Source: Octopus vulgaris
Taxonomy: Eukaryota
Length of the DNA stretch: 64,000 nt
Direction: 5' to 3'
Assembly (NCBI GenBank): GCA_951406725.2
Contig: OX597821.1
Location: forward strand, 61,628,001-61,692,000
Below are positions 1 to 13,254 of the stretch, in pieces. The number at the start of each line of letters is the position of its first letter. Position 1 is the stretch's first letter. The notes below the pieces were generated by a model, which was not told the origin of the DNA, did not search any database, and saw only the letters and a list, made by a program, of their open reading frames with translations. A program made the translations under genes and the position numbers.

Positions 1-418
1 TATAAGAGCACATTTAGTAAAATAGATCAGACATATATATTTTACTGGGAGATTAAATACAGGCATTTATTTTCAAGCTATTCTCCAGATATTATATTCT
101 ATGAACGCAGTGTTAAACTTTTGCGGAAGGATTGTGACCATCTTCATGTAACTAAAATTTGACTGACTCATTATTATAAAATGAAGAAATGCGAGCGATT
201 GGCAGTGCGTGTTGGTAGCAGATCTCTGGAAGCCTTTGATGCCGAGCGTTGAATTTCGTATGTAGAGCCTCGTGTATATATTTTTTTCCCCCTGCTTCAT
301 GATTTCATATATCCAATAAAAAGATATAAAAGTGAGAACGAGTTGTTCGAAGCTTGCGCTGGACGTTATTTTATTTATTTATTTTTTTTGGCACGAAGCA
401 AAAGAAAAGTAATTTAAC

Positions 419-2340
419 ATGGAAAACTTATTAGTCCCCGTAGTGCAGTTGTAACAGTAACAGCAACAACAATAGCAGCATCTATAGAAGCCGCAACAAC
501 AGCAACTGCAGAACGAAAACACCTAAATCTCTACGAGGCTCCGGCAAGGAGTGGTGGCAACCCATGTTGTACTCTTTCGCTCCAACCTTCTCTCACTCTT
601 TCTTTCTGTTTCTTGTCCCCGACTTCCTACGCAACCGCTGAGTCTGGATGCGCATTCATCCATCCGTCGATGCTCTCGGTGTCGGAGGTTGACCTGCTTT
701 CTCTCTTACGGGTCTTACGAATAGCAAAGGACCATGTTGCGGATTTCTCCCACTAGAACGAAGACCGCTTTGCTCAACAAACAAACAGCAACAGCAACAA
801 AATCCAGTAGCTGGTGGACTTAATGCTGAACAAGTCTGAAAATACATCAAGTTTACACTCACCAGAGAGCGTAGCAAATTCCATTAAAGAATTCAGCTAT
901 AATCCAGAAGATTCTTCTCTGCATATTTTCGTATATACGTAGACATCTAAAAGGAAGGATGTAAAAATTGAGCCGACGAAAAAAAATGCACGACTACTTT
1001 TAAGAAAGTTATCCCCTGCCGAACACGAAAAATATGGTAAATACATTCTGCCAGTTCAGATTTGTTTCGATGAAACAATTAATATTTTACCGAAAATTTT
1101 CTGTGAAAGAAGTTCCCTGTTCAAAATTCGCTGGTAATTTTTAAATTTGGTTTTAAAAAATGGGATTAACATGGAAAGTGAAAAATTCAAACTGAATGAG
1201 TTAACCCCGGACATGTGCAAGTTATTAATTTTGTTCAAGCAAAGATGCAGATATACTTCCCGGATATTAACAAAATTAAAACAGGACCCAGATCTAACCC
1301 TCCAGGCAGTAGCACAAGAATGCCAGAGGACATAAAGCAAATTGAAGAGAAAGATTGCTCTCAAATTCAAGCATGTCAACCGGTAACGAATAAGAAACAA
1401 GAGAAAAATATGAAGACCGAATCTATATTATTGGTGCAGTGAGCTACATTTTAAAAGTAAGCGTCCGTTTAAAAGTACATGCTTCAAGTTTAGTAAAATA
1501 GATTATAAAATGTCGCACTGTAGGACAGAAACTAAAAGGCGGTTCAACAGAAAAGATCGCGTAAACGGATTATCAGTGACAAAAAATACGAACGATCCTC
1601 AAAGAAAATTTGTGTATTTAAAAATAATTAACAAAATACATAAAGTTACAATTGGATACAGGCAGCGATATCTCAATGATTAATTTATATTTCGAAAATT
1701 TCCCGTAGTGTTTCAGGAATATAATTATATTTTAAGGGAGGATTGATAAGTAACAATACATTTCGCGAAAATAACCTTAAAAGCTAAAGTTTTTGCGTAT
1801 ACAACAAATTTATTCGGTACAGACTGGATGGAATTATCTAACTTATAAATCTTTTTCTGTAAAAAGGTGAATGGTGTTCCTCCACTACAAATAAGACGTC
1901 AGAGGAATTTGAAAAAAAAAAAAAACAGCAAAAAAGTAATTTTCCTGAAGTTCTGTTTGATAAATTAGGTATGTGTACCAAAACGATGGCACGGTTTCAA
2001 ATACAAGAAAACGCCATACCGATATTTAACCAAAAATGATCTGAACCTTTCGCAGCATTAAAACAGATGAACTTAGAGAGACTAGAAAAACTTAGAGTTA
2101 TACTAAAAGGGGAATATAGTCAATGGGCTGTATCAACTGTGTACATTAAGAAAAAGAATAATAAAATCAAAATGTGTGTTGATTTTTCCACTGGTTTAAA
2201 CGAATGTCTTCAAACGTGCCACTATCTGCTACTTTCTGCGAAGGATATTTTTGTGAAATTAAATGGTGGCAATATATTTTCTAAATCGGATCCCTCTGAC
2301 GCGTACCTACAAATTAGAGTAGTCAATAAATGCTATAAAG
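419..2340 (+). mobile_element. Decayed Ty3/Gypsy LTR-retrotransposon gag-protease-RT fragment
   Basis: Gln-rich gag start at 419; two degenerate CCHC knuckles at ~1425-1520; aspartic protease LQLDTGSDISMIN at 1646-1684; RT N-terminus (SQWAVSTVYIKKKNNKIKMCVDFSTGLN...IFSKSDPSDAYLQI) in ORF 2067-2402; many stops and frameshifts; similarity ends before YxDD. Confidence 0.85.
513..784 (+). mobile_element. 5'-truncated SINE inserted into the Gypsy gag poly-Gln tract
   Basis: First ~90 bp align by eye with the body of the SINE at 16763-17035 (GAAAACACCTAAATCTC...ACTCTTTCG...TTCTCTCAC); ends in an (AAAC)n tail; CAG/CAA codons resume at 785. Confidence 0.6.
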
Positions 2341-5300
2341 ACCCAAATAATTTGGAACTACAGAACACGGAAAAGAAAGGATACTCTGGAATTGACCCCT
2401 AAGTGTGAGAGATATTAAAACTCGGAGCGGAGTTCAATTTTCAAAAGGGAAGATGATAGAGGAGACTGATTCTAAAAATAGAAGATGTGGAAGGATTCCA
2501 ACCATATCCAAGCGACTAAAAGTGGACTGACTTTTAGGAATAAGCACACGTAAGGATTTCTGAACATATCATCATGTGATAATGAAACCAAATATATCTC
2601 CTAGTATACTAAAGAAATTCATTTCATTTTCTCTAATATGTGGTTAATGTAGAATGTTTTATTTCCTTTTGAGACAATAATTGTGGGTGTATGCTTAATA
2701 CTTTACAGATATGTCCAAATAGTATCCATCTACGTGAATAAAAAAAAAAGAATCTCTCCAAATGCCTTACATCGTAAATAGTCTGATGTAATGGCTGCTG
2801 TTTTTTAGTTTCGACTGTTTCACAGTTTTCATTGTTTACTTCATAAATTGAAGGATGAAGATTTATAGAAGTTACTGCAAAATGTATGTACGAGATCAGA
2901 AAAATAGTGTTATACATTAGCGTTTGGATAATGCTTAATACATTCGGTTTACTAAACAGTCAACAATGTTTTATAGAAAATCTAGCTAATCAAATTGAAT
3001 AGATTGATGAAGATATTAGATACAATTATATAAAGTTACAATGAAATTTATAACAAGGTAGAAAGTTTATTGAGAGCTGGAGAAGCTTGCTTGTTTTTTT
3101 AGGGGTGCATATGGGAGTGTATAGTAAAAGATTGAAATTTATTGCTAAATACTGAACTGAATGCGCACTCACACACAAACACTTATGTACATACAAAAAT
3201 GTAAGCTTTGATATAATCTACTAATCACCAACCAAAATGTGGTTAAATAAACACGCTTTATACATTCGATTCTAGATTTCGCAGTACAACGGTTTCATTC
3301 AACATTGCTACATTGAATTACCTTTCTTTTCGATTCCGTTGAACTTTAGTACATGTCTTGACTCCATTAAACTTCAAAAAGACGCAATAGGATTTCTTAC
3401 ATATTTTGGAGCAGGCTGTGAAGTAGTCTAATGCCTATCACAATAGCGAAATTTCAGTATGATTTCACAGATATAGCAGCAAGCTATACGGATTTTGTTA
3501 CATATGCCAAAGAGAATATAAATCATTGCCTTCAGAAAAGTTTCGGTTGACGTACCGTCTTCAAATGTCACTACCTGTTCAGGAAACATTATATAAATTC
3601 TGTAGATAATATCATTTCTAGTTACCAACTTACGTCAAATCACCGACAAAGCATGAATATAGGCAGCAGAGTATATTCTATACCTAAAAAAAAGGAATCG
3701 AATAAAGTAATTTCAAGTGATTTTCAAAGGATTTGTTTCCAATATACTTTTACCTATATTAATTTTTAGGATTGTAAAATGGCATACAGAGTAACTTGCG
3801 TCATTGAATACCTTGTAGCATTTGATATTGGTTATCCTTTTCTGAAATGATATAATACTAGAGTTAAAATATCAATCCTCTGAGATAAATGCAATCATTT
3901 CAGTAACATGCAAGGCTATGTTTAAGTAATAATATAACAACTATTACAAATATGCGTCTTCTCTTCAATAAGGTGAGTATGTATTTATCAAATCACTCTC
4001 TATAAAGAATCATATATTTTGGTGGTACACTTTAAGCATTATTAGCATCAAACTCGTGTGTGCTTTAGCACAGACCTTACTTTTACAAAAATGTGGACTG
4101 AGTCTCTGTTTCAAGTCAATTCTTATCTGTTTCCTGTTATCTCAACTCCAACGGTAACCTAACATCTAGGACTCTACCATTTACGTTATATTATATTAAA
4201 CATATAATTAACTCATATTTATAATTACAAGAGCGTTCATTTAATATGTGATCTTGAATTTTGCTCTTACTAATGTTTAACCTCTGTTAATAGTTATATT
4301 ACACCGAAAGCATATATATTTCTGACAAATCTTTGCACAGCTTTTACTAAATGGGGTATTGAATGCTCTCGGAATAATTTTCTTTCTGGATGATTTTTCA
4401 AACGCATCGCTCACGCATAGATACCATCCATCCTCTAATGCAATGAATGGTGTATAACACTGGGCATTGATATGGTTTAATAATGGTTTCTGAATTAAAA
4501 ATTTGCAACTTGAAGAATGTCATTAATCGCATTGGTCACTAGTGTTTGCATGAGACTCAATAACCATGGGCAGAGAACTTTCTATCATATCATATTATAC
4601 CAAAGCTTCATTGTATCATTTTGAACATGATCAAACGCAATTAAACGCATACTTAGTTTAACTTTCATTTACTGAACAGAAATGTCAGCATAAGATAAGA
4701 CGTAAGACCTGCCTGATAAGAACATAAAAAAATATACATGGAAATCAAATAAAAACGGGCAAGGAAATGATCAAACATCCGAAAGCAAAATGCATTTCCT
4801 CGGTACATTCGTATTCTTAACTAATACCACATAACGAATTTGTGAAACGTGAATAAATGAGTGCATTTATTAATAGAAGGGAATCTCCTCAGCAGAAATA
4901 AAAAGTAGAGAAGGAACAGTCAGTTTTATCAAGAATGTAGTAAAAAAGAATGTTAAATTTACTGTGATATTCAATAGAATGGAACAATGAAGATAAAGTT
5001 CAATGGCTCTATGTGTTCGCTGATAGAATAAACCTTGAATATTTCTACCCTCAAAGTAAAGGGGAAAAAAGTAAATTTACGTGAAGAATGCATGGCTGGT
5101 GGAACGATGCGTATTAAGAAATGAGGATACGATTTGTAGCTAGAAGTGGCAGATCATCAGCGTGGAAAGAAATACACATTGAGCTTTGTAGGTTTCGAAA
5201 TGTATTTGACTTTTTGGTGGAGACATTTCTGGATTGTTTGCAAGGAGGGAGAAATGATCTTCAATGTTGGACGACGATGGCGACTTAAACTGCTTGTCAC

Positions 5301-5928
5301 GTCATTCGACCAAAGAAGCAGATTAATGCAGAAATCCGTCGTTGATGACGCACAGGATTGAGCTGCGGTTGTGACATCTTCAGTGTTTCCCTGACGGTGA
5401 TCAGGTGTGGTCACTTGACACACTCGCTTTTCCACTGCTCATCTTAGGCACACTTGCCATCCTGGGTCAAGCAAAGACAAATAAAAGGAGAGTAGCTCTA
5501 GGAATGTCGTCAATTTGTTACAGACCTCTACAATGTTGTTTGTAGAAAATTCGCATGTCGTTCTACAGATCTTTCGATACCCAGTGGTCTGTAAATCTAG
5601 AGTGAACAGTGTTCAATCTTCAAAATCTCTTTAAAGTTGGATGCGAACGGTAGTAAAGGTCAAAGTGACATTTGCCTGCTCTGACATGTGGCTATATACT
5701 GTAAGCACACATGAGGAAGAAAGTTATTTTTAGCCGTGGTTTCGTAGTTCTCCATGATTTGGTCTTTAGTCAGCACCTCATAGAAAAATTTATTCGGTAC
5801 TATGGTTTCTTTGTAACTGTTATCCTCCCTTTTGCATGCTTATTTTTTTTTATCTAATCCTGCGTAGCATCGTCCTGTGCCATTGCCAATGTTTTCGTCG
5901 ACACTTGATATTTAATAAAAAAATCTAT

Positions 5929-6016
5929 CCTCCACCACCATCACCTCCTCCTCCTCCTCCTCCTCCTCCTCCTACTACTACTCCTCCACTACCACAACCA
6001 CAGCCACAACTACCAC
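5929..6016. repeat. (CCT)n/(CCA)n/(CTA)n compound microsatellite
   Basis: Direct reading; explains the poly-Pro ORF 5836-6087. Confidence 0.95.
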
Positions 6017-6450
6017 AGTGTGACCATGAGATAGAGAATGGGAAACCAGGCATAATGTTGATTGAGAAACAATGCAGACGATGCTAGATCATAGATATAG
6101 CAGGCCCAAATGACAACAAGGTATGCGAGAAGTAAGAAAGAAAAGTCGAGAGACATGACAGGTTAGACTGGGAGGTTAAGCAGTTGTGGTTGCTGAAAAA
6201 AGTGGTAGTAGTACCAATAATTGTCAGAGCCCTGAGAACAGTGAGCAAAAATTCTTGAGATGTACATAGAACAAATAGGGGCTATAAGGGTGGCACACTT
6301 GCAGAAAACATCATTGCTTAGAGCCGCTCGAATATTCCGGACGGTACTCAAAAAATAAGGGGTGTTACCTCAGTTCACTAGTTAGTGAACAGCTAACACC
6401 ATAGTACATCTCCAGCGTTAGAAGCTGTGCAAAGACAATAAATAATAATG

Positions 6451-6494
<44 letters not shown>
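6017..6494 (+). mobile_element. R4/Dong-type non-LTR retrotransposon 3' end (restriction-like endonuclease) followed by (AAT)n
   Basis: Translates as CDHEIENGKPGIMLIEK..C*IIDIAGPNDNKVCEK*ERKVERHDRLDWEVKQLW..VVVVPIIVRAL, matching the (R/K)PD..IIDIAxP..VVPIVVGALG REL pattern; short 3' UTR, then (AAT)n at 6441-6494. Confidence 0.8.
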
Positions 6495-6506
<12 letters not shown>

Positions 6507-6559
6507 TTATCCCAGTGTCACTTTGATGGCATGCACTGCTCTCTTACTCAATAATAATA

Positions 6560-6770
6560 ACCATCCTTTCTACCAAAGGTGCAAGGCCTGGCTTTGTCTC
6601 AGGAGGGGAACAATCGATCATATAGACAACAGTACTTAACTGGTACTTAATGTATCGATCCCGAAATGTTGAAGGGCAAAGTCGACCTCGGTAGAATTTG
6701 ACCTCAGACCGTAGCGGTAGACGAAATACGTCTAAGCGTTTCGCCCAGCGCACTAACGATTTGCCCGGTG
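6560..6770 (-). mobile_element. SINE family A
   Basis: Reverse complement of the CGTTAGCACGCCGGGCGAAATGCTT...GGTCGACTTTGCCTTTCATCCTTTCGGGGTCGAT...AAGTACCAGTT repeat seen at 30.2, 57.1-57.8 and 63.3 kb. Confidence 0.85.
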
Positions 6771-8789
6771 TTATTTTTGTTATTTCATATTATTGCTGTC
6801 TGCCACATTTTCTTTATCTTGTGACTTACCTTATCAACTGTTCTTTTCTTGAGTCTCGTATCTTTGCAAAATATTTTCATTTTCATGTTATAAAAAATGC
6901 ATGTTTATTTCTATATCTTACACTATCTACTTAAAATGATGACAGATTTCAATTTACTGCTTAGGTTTCTTCAGAAAAATAATACATTTATATTTGCTCA
7001 AAACGATTACGAGATATAAAGAGAACAAACTTTGATAGTAAAAAAAATTTTAAATGAACAAAACTACACAAAAACCAAAGCGAAGATTTTACAATAGGAT
7101 AAAACATTTCGAACGAAAACTGCTTTGACATTTTAAGAGACAATGTCACTTGCTTAAAAAATGCCAGTGACAGGTATGACAGCGCCAAGAAAAACAGGAA
7201 GCATATCCACACATACAAAGTTTGCTAAATGGAAACATTTTAACTGGTGTTAATAGTGTTTTCCTAACGATAGTGGCAATAGGAATGTCTTCAGCATAGA
7301 AGAAAGCAAGTCAGAAATGAAGGCCTGAGAACAGGGTGTCAGAATATTGTGTATCGGCAAGTTTGTGCGCCGCACTTTGTTACACAGTATTTTGCGGAAA
7401 TTTAGCGAAACAGAAGGTCGCAGTTTTGGGTAACGGAAGTTACTATCCTACTGGGAAATATTTGCTTTCACGAAACTTTTGTCGTGTAGCATCTAGTGTA
7501 AAATTTGATCACAAATTAAACGTGGTACATGGATGACAATGTGGGTATGCAACTCCTGTTACCTCTAAAATAAAGGTGCTAATCCGGAACTGTTCTTGGT
7601 AAGTAAAATCTGTCAGATGAGTGGTATAGTGTAAAACATTCAGTTCCATCACGTACATCAATTCCAGCCACCTCAAGGATACGTAATCTGTAAAACGGAA
7701 CTAGGAGATGACGTTATAGATTGGCGCATACAAACGGTATATTGATATTGGTGTTGACTAGAATATTTAAATTTGCTATTGGGAACGAATATGCAACCGG
7801 TATGGCCATTTTATCAATGAGAAACATAATTTGCTCTTTTGACGATATGAAGATAAGGTACACATACTAAGTCACAAAGAATTGAAAGGCATTTGATTGG
7901 CTCTGGTAGCAGAAATGCAATGGAACAACAAAGAGACAAATCAGTCGTTCGTGAATGGTGATAGTTAATTTATTCAATTCCGGTGAGATGAGAGCAGGTT
8001 TTCGACAGTGAGATACACTATTGTACTAACTCAGCAGCGTGCAGGAGACGGTGTTGAAAATTAACATCTACATCTGCTGCAGTTCTCGCTAGTCGATACA
8101 AAGTGGTGCAAAAAACCTGCGATTCAGATAGTATTGGCAGGTATTGTGATGCAGTTGACCAGGAATTAGTTGTTATCATTTATCCATTTTCTTTGTTATT
8201 CCCCAGCACATTTTGTAACATGTCTTTGTAATGGCTCTTCATTTATCGACCTGCTAATCAACGAACACATTGTTGTTGCTAGTTCTATAACTGAAAATAT
8301 AAATAATCTTCTACAAGTACAATGTATCATTCGATTTTGATAAAATCTTAATTAACATATTCGCAGTGGCACAGACAGATTTCACTGTTTGCCAGTAAAT
8401 AAATTATATAGATAAACTAATGGCCTGATTTATCATCTGTGTATACACATGCATTACCAAGCCTCGTATATAATCTGAAGACATGTTTGTGTATTGGCAG
8501 GGAATAATTTACTGCTTATTGCTTTAATACGTAATAGCCACTTAAGATAAGGAGAGCCGGGGTAAAGGCTAATGGCGATTATAATGAGTCTAATAATTAT
8601 TTTAATGGTAATGTGTTTCTATCTAAATACACTGAAGACAATATTAGTATGCCACTAATTATATAACTAAAAAGCTATTAAGTTAGCCGTGTGTAGTATC
8701 ATTCGGAAACAACTTTTATTATAATTTGTTAAATTGTTCACAGGACTCGAACAACAGCAGGAACGGAAACTAGAGCATTGGTAATAATT

Positions 8790-8944
8790 GTTAACAACAA
8801 CAACAGCAGCAGCAGAAGCAACAACAACAACAATCACAATGATACTAATAACAACAGAAACTAATATTAATGGTAGTAGTAGTAGTATTAGTAGTAGTAT
8901 ATGTAGTAGTAGTATATGTAGTAGTAGTAGTAGTAATAATAATA
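8790..8944. repeat. (ACA)/(GCA)/(GTA)/(AAT) compound microsatellite
   Basis: Direct reading; explains the low-complexity ORF 8667-9170. Confidence 0.9.
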
Positions 8945-9054
8945 AGTCCTTGTTGTGACTTGACAGACAGTGCAAATCCCCGGTAGGCAAAATATCTTCT
9001 ACCAACAACATCACGATATTTGATAATGTGCGACGTCTTAGATAATAAAGTGGG

Positions 9055-9480
9055 GCAGAAGACCTCACATTCTGTGGTGTTAGATGTTGACACAATTTTA
9101 AAAGAACTCGAGCAGGAACAAACTTACAAATACCTCGGAATAAATGAAGGTTCTGGCATTCAGCATGCAAGCATGAAAGAGATCAGGAAGAAAGTTACAG
9201 GAGAGTTCGAGCAGTGCTAATGTTCGTGTTAAATGCACGTAACAAAGTGTTAGCGACAAATTCCTTAGCAGTTCTAGTTGTTAGTTATAGTTGTAATGCG
9301 TTGAACTGGAATATGAGCGAAATAAGGAAGATTGACAGCAAAATCTGTAAGCTGCTGATTTGCAATAAGATGCACCACCCAAAGGCAGAGGTAAAGCATC
9401 TTTAACTTCCCAGAACTCAAGGAGGTCGAGGCTTGATCCAATATGCAGTTTCTTACAAAACCACCAGAATTGAAGTGGTA
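9055..9480 (+). mobile_element. R4/Dong-type reverse transcriptase C-terminal/thumb fragment
   Basis: KELEQEQTYKYLGINE...LNARNKVLATNSLAV...IDSKICKLL...MHHPKAEV..*LPRTQGGRGLIQ across frameshifted ORFs 9020-9220 and 9214-9405. Confidence 0.8.
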
Positions 9481-11689
9481 TATAGAACTTACCTGGTTTA
9501 AACATAAGTAAAGGGGGTAGATTCTTCAACTAAATCTATCAAGGTGGTATACCACCATGGGCACAACTCAACGACAGGAAATAATAAAAGGTAACTGATA
9601 AACTAGGCGAAAATTAATTTAAAAACTCTCTAAGGAATACGCAGAGAATTGCATTCGACACTTAAAAAACGTAGAGATCTGCATTTACGTTAAATCCCAT
9701 TCATAAATTTGAAACAAAATTGTAAATCACAATATAAATAAGAAAATAATAAATGAATATCACTAAAATGGTGTAATCGTATTAAGTAATTTGCCGTACC
9801 TCATACCCAACCCCAGATTAAAGTAACTCATCAAAGTCAGCTGACGTTGAAAAGAAAACTGTTTAATATTGGATTTGCTTGAGTAGTGGAATTCAGATAT
9901 ATTTGAAAAACAAGTTTCCGAGAAAACCAATGGTGTTTAATTTATTCTAGTCGGCTAAAATCCTAAGGTACGTATATTTTGTATTTGTTGCGTATATCAT
10001 TCAAATTGCAAAGCATTTCAAACTTTCTATGGTCAGTTAGAATTAGAGTGTAGAATTATTATACTTATCATATAACCCAGCCTTTGTAAAAATGTATGAC
10101 AATAGAACATAAAATGAGAAATGCAACGAAGAGATTACTTATCTATTTAATATACATATATTATTGAAAGTTTCTATCAAATAACCATTAGTATTAGTAT
10201 TAACGATAAAAAAAGAGGGTAAAAAGACCAGAAATGTATAGACGCTTAACGATCATATGTTATATGTAAACTTTAAACGAAAAATAAAACAAAACAAAAA
10301 GATTTTAAACATTCTGACCAAAGACTTAAAATGATATAGGAATAAAGAAGATGAAACACAAATAACGTCTTCTACGAACGAAGGTATAAATATCATATCT
10401 TTATTTGTAAAAACAGAATATTTACTGGAAACAATTAAGGTTCATACGATGAAATATAAGGAAAAAAGTTACATTACAGAAAATATACTGGGGAAAAACA
10501 GATATTTTGGTGAGAGCTATAACATAAAAAGATAAAATGCAAAAATTAATAATGATTGAGTAGACCTACGAATAGCTATAATGATAAAATAAGGAAAGAA
10601 ATCGAACGCAACGCATAATGTATAAAGATATTTTTCAGCAAAATAGAAAATAATATTATTGATTTAGCAGTTAGTAAAATTAAAACTTAAAAATAACCAA
10701 AGAGAAAATATATATTCACTTGCATTGAAAATAATATATAATAAATACACTCAACTTTAGAATGTTGAAGAGTGCTGTTGTAGCAATATTCCAATGGATT
10801 GTGTAATATAAAACATGTGAAAGCTTTTATGAACAAAATAAACAGTACAAAGCTAATAGCAAACAATTTTATTCAGGTAGATAAAAAGAAAAATTGAAGT
10901 TAGCAAATATATTTCATAGTTAGATATATAAACAATGAAATTCAATGCAAACAATAAAATATAGAAGTGAATGTTAAATGGCAGAATATATCAAGAAAGC
11001 AGAAAATCCATAAAGTAAACTAGCTACTTCAAAATACCATTAACTGGTCCTGAGTTTATTAACATTCCAGATTTCTGGCTAAAATATCCATCAAATAGTA
11101 ATAAAATTGACGGAGTATATTCTGTTACTTATTGAAATATTCTGATAGAGCGGAAAACGAACATACCCAAGGTGAAACGTTATAATACTGAAAGATGAAG
11201 CTATATTCAATCTCCGGATTTGCTGACGAAGTCACATGTTTCAAGTACGAAAGAAGAAAAGTGTTAATTTCAAGCGTGTAAAACTTAGAATCAAAAGCAA
11301 TAGGCTATTTTTAGGATGATAGTGTACCTCCGTTACAATAATATTTAAATGTAAATTTGAAGTTTAAATAAATTTACATGATAATTCAATAATATAGAAA
11401 TTCACTTACATCGGGAAAGGCAGACAAAACTAGAGTGCAACAGTTGTAGACAAGGTGATAAATTACAATAAGATCAAGAAGTCCAAACGCAACACTTCAT
11501 AACCAGAAAATAGTAATGTCATGTAAATTAAGATGAATGTATACACAGAACAACCAACATGTATTACCAAAATATATTATGATTGCAATTCTCATACTTA
11601 GAATCATACAAAAATCATTCGGAATTGTACGTTTTGCATCAAAAACAATAGGTCCATTTTATAGAATACCCATACAAATATTGGTTTTA

Positions 11690-11860
11690 AATTTTAGCCA
11701 GCAATTTAGGGGGAGGAGTAAGTCAAACCTATTGCTCGACTGGTACTTGTTATCAACCCTGAATAGATGAAAGCCAAATTTCAACTCAGGAAGTAAAGAC
11801 GGATAAAGTGCCGATAAGCATTTTGCCCAGTTTGCTAACGATACTACCATTTCAGCGCCT
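11690..11860 (-). mobile_element. SINE family A, diverged
   Basis: CTGGTACTT..TATC..GATGAAAG..AAGCATTTTGCCC..TGCTAACGAT matches the reverse complement of family A. Confidence 0.65.
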
Positions 11861-13254
11861 TTATATGCAAACACATTAACCTGAAGTAAACAAGTTTATT
11901 TTGTTTTTTTTAATTTGTCTAGAATATTCAGTCGCATGCGTTAAAGATCTCTGATTCACATCCATTAACTGTTTATTTCATGAATTCATTTAACTCCACA
12001 TCTGTTTATACTGTATTGGTATAAAATGGTATGTTCGATAGTCTTGAGTAAGCAAGCGTAGAGTAAATCGTTTAAGTCATCAATTTCAAAGGGAATTGAT
12101 GTTATTCTTGCAATGTTTTCTATCTAAGCTTATTCTTAGACTTCCTTAATATGTATCATTATTATGAATCTCAGGCTGGTTTAACCCATCACTGATGATA
12201 TAATCTACAGAAGCAACAACTAGACGGTAGATCAATCGAGAGAAGATTCTGAGCAGGAAATTTGTGTTGATGTTATTTTTGCCCAAGAAGATTTGATCGA
12301 TAGGTCCCATGTCAAAAAATATTCCAACCGTAGTCATCACACTTTTCAGGTATAATAAATCATGCTCTACATTCTCGTTCTTATTTAAAAGCATTTATGC
12401 ATGGGTTCAGGAAGATTTATCTGTTATTTCTTACAGATTGTACAACTGAGTAAAGTTTCTCTAGTTGGTTTGAAATTGCAATAATGAAAAATGAGTGTAC
12501 TTCAAGATTGAAGAAGAATAGTTTAGAAATGGAAGGAGTAGTTTTTAGTCTAAAACAGCTTCAATATACTTATCAGCGAATTTAATTATGAGAAAAGATG
12601 TTAAAGTTATTCCAATGAAATATCCCAAGTATAAAACATACATTTAATTCGAGAAAACAGGGTAGAACTAATCGAATCTTAAAACATGTGATTTAAAAAG
12701 AGGCAACAGAAACCTGTAAGGAAATATCAGGAGAAAATGGAAATGTTTGAGAAAATATGTAGCGAGATTAAAGGTTGCTGAATAATTCCAGTATAAGAAC
12801 GTCCTTCACATATTGAATACTTGATCGCTAAATGGTGCCAAAAACATTTAATATCTACATATGCCTATATTTATCACTCATATGTTCATATGTATATATT
12901 TAATATACTCATCATGTCAGGAATGCTTGAGAGGACAACTGCTTAGGATGCATTGTTCAAGAATGATATTACTCCTTAACATAGAGGCATCAGCTAAATT
13001 TTATATTTGGAAAGGAGGCATATATGTAATGCACGTGACATACAATGAAATGCTTGAAATGATATCAGCTTCCCAGAATTCTTTGTTTATGATAATATTG
13101 TTTCTCAAAACAGAGGCATCAGATGCATTTCAGCTTTGAAGAGGAATTATTTAGAAATGGTGAGATCACTCTACAGTAGGAATATTGAATAGTACTTGAA
13201 TATAAAAAGGAAATCGTGAAACAAAAGCTGCAGAGAATTACATAAATGAATAGC

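Noticed and set aside
200-400. Possible 5' LTR and primer-binding site (TGGCACGA) of the Gypsy element
   Set aside because: No second LTR in the window to confirm the boundaries.
3770-3972. Plus-strand AG...GTGAGT exon-like segment
   Set aside because: Stops in all three frames and no partner exons found.
5100-5800. Coding-like, higher-GC stretch (also 7250-8200 and 15100-16400)
   Set aside because: Probably old LINE debris, but no diagnostic motif could be read with confidence.
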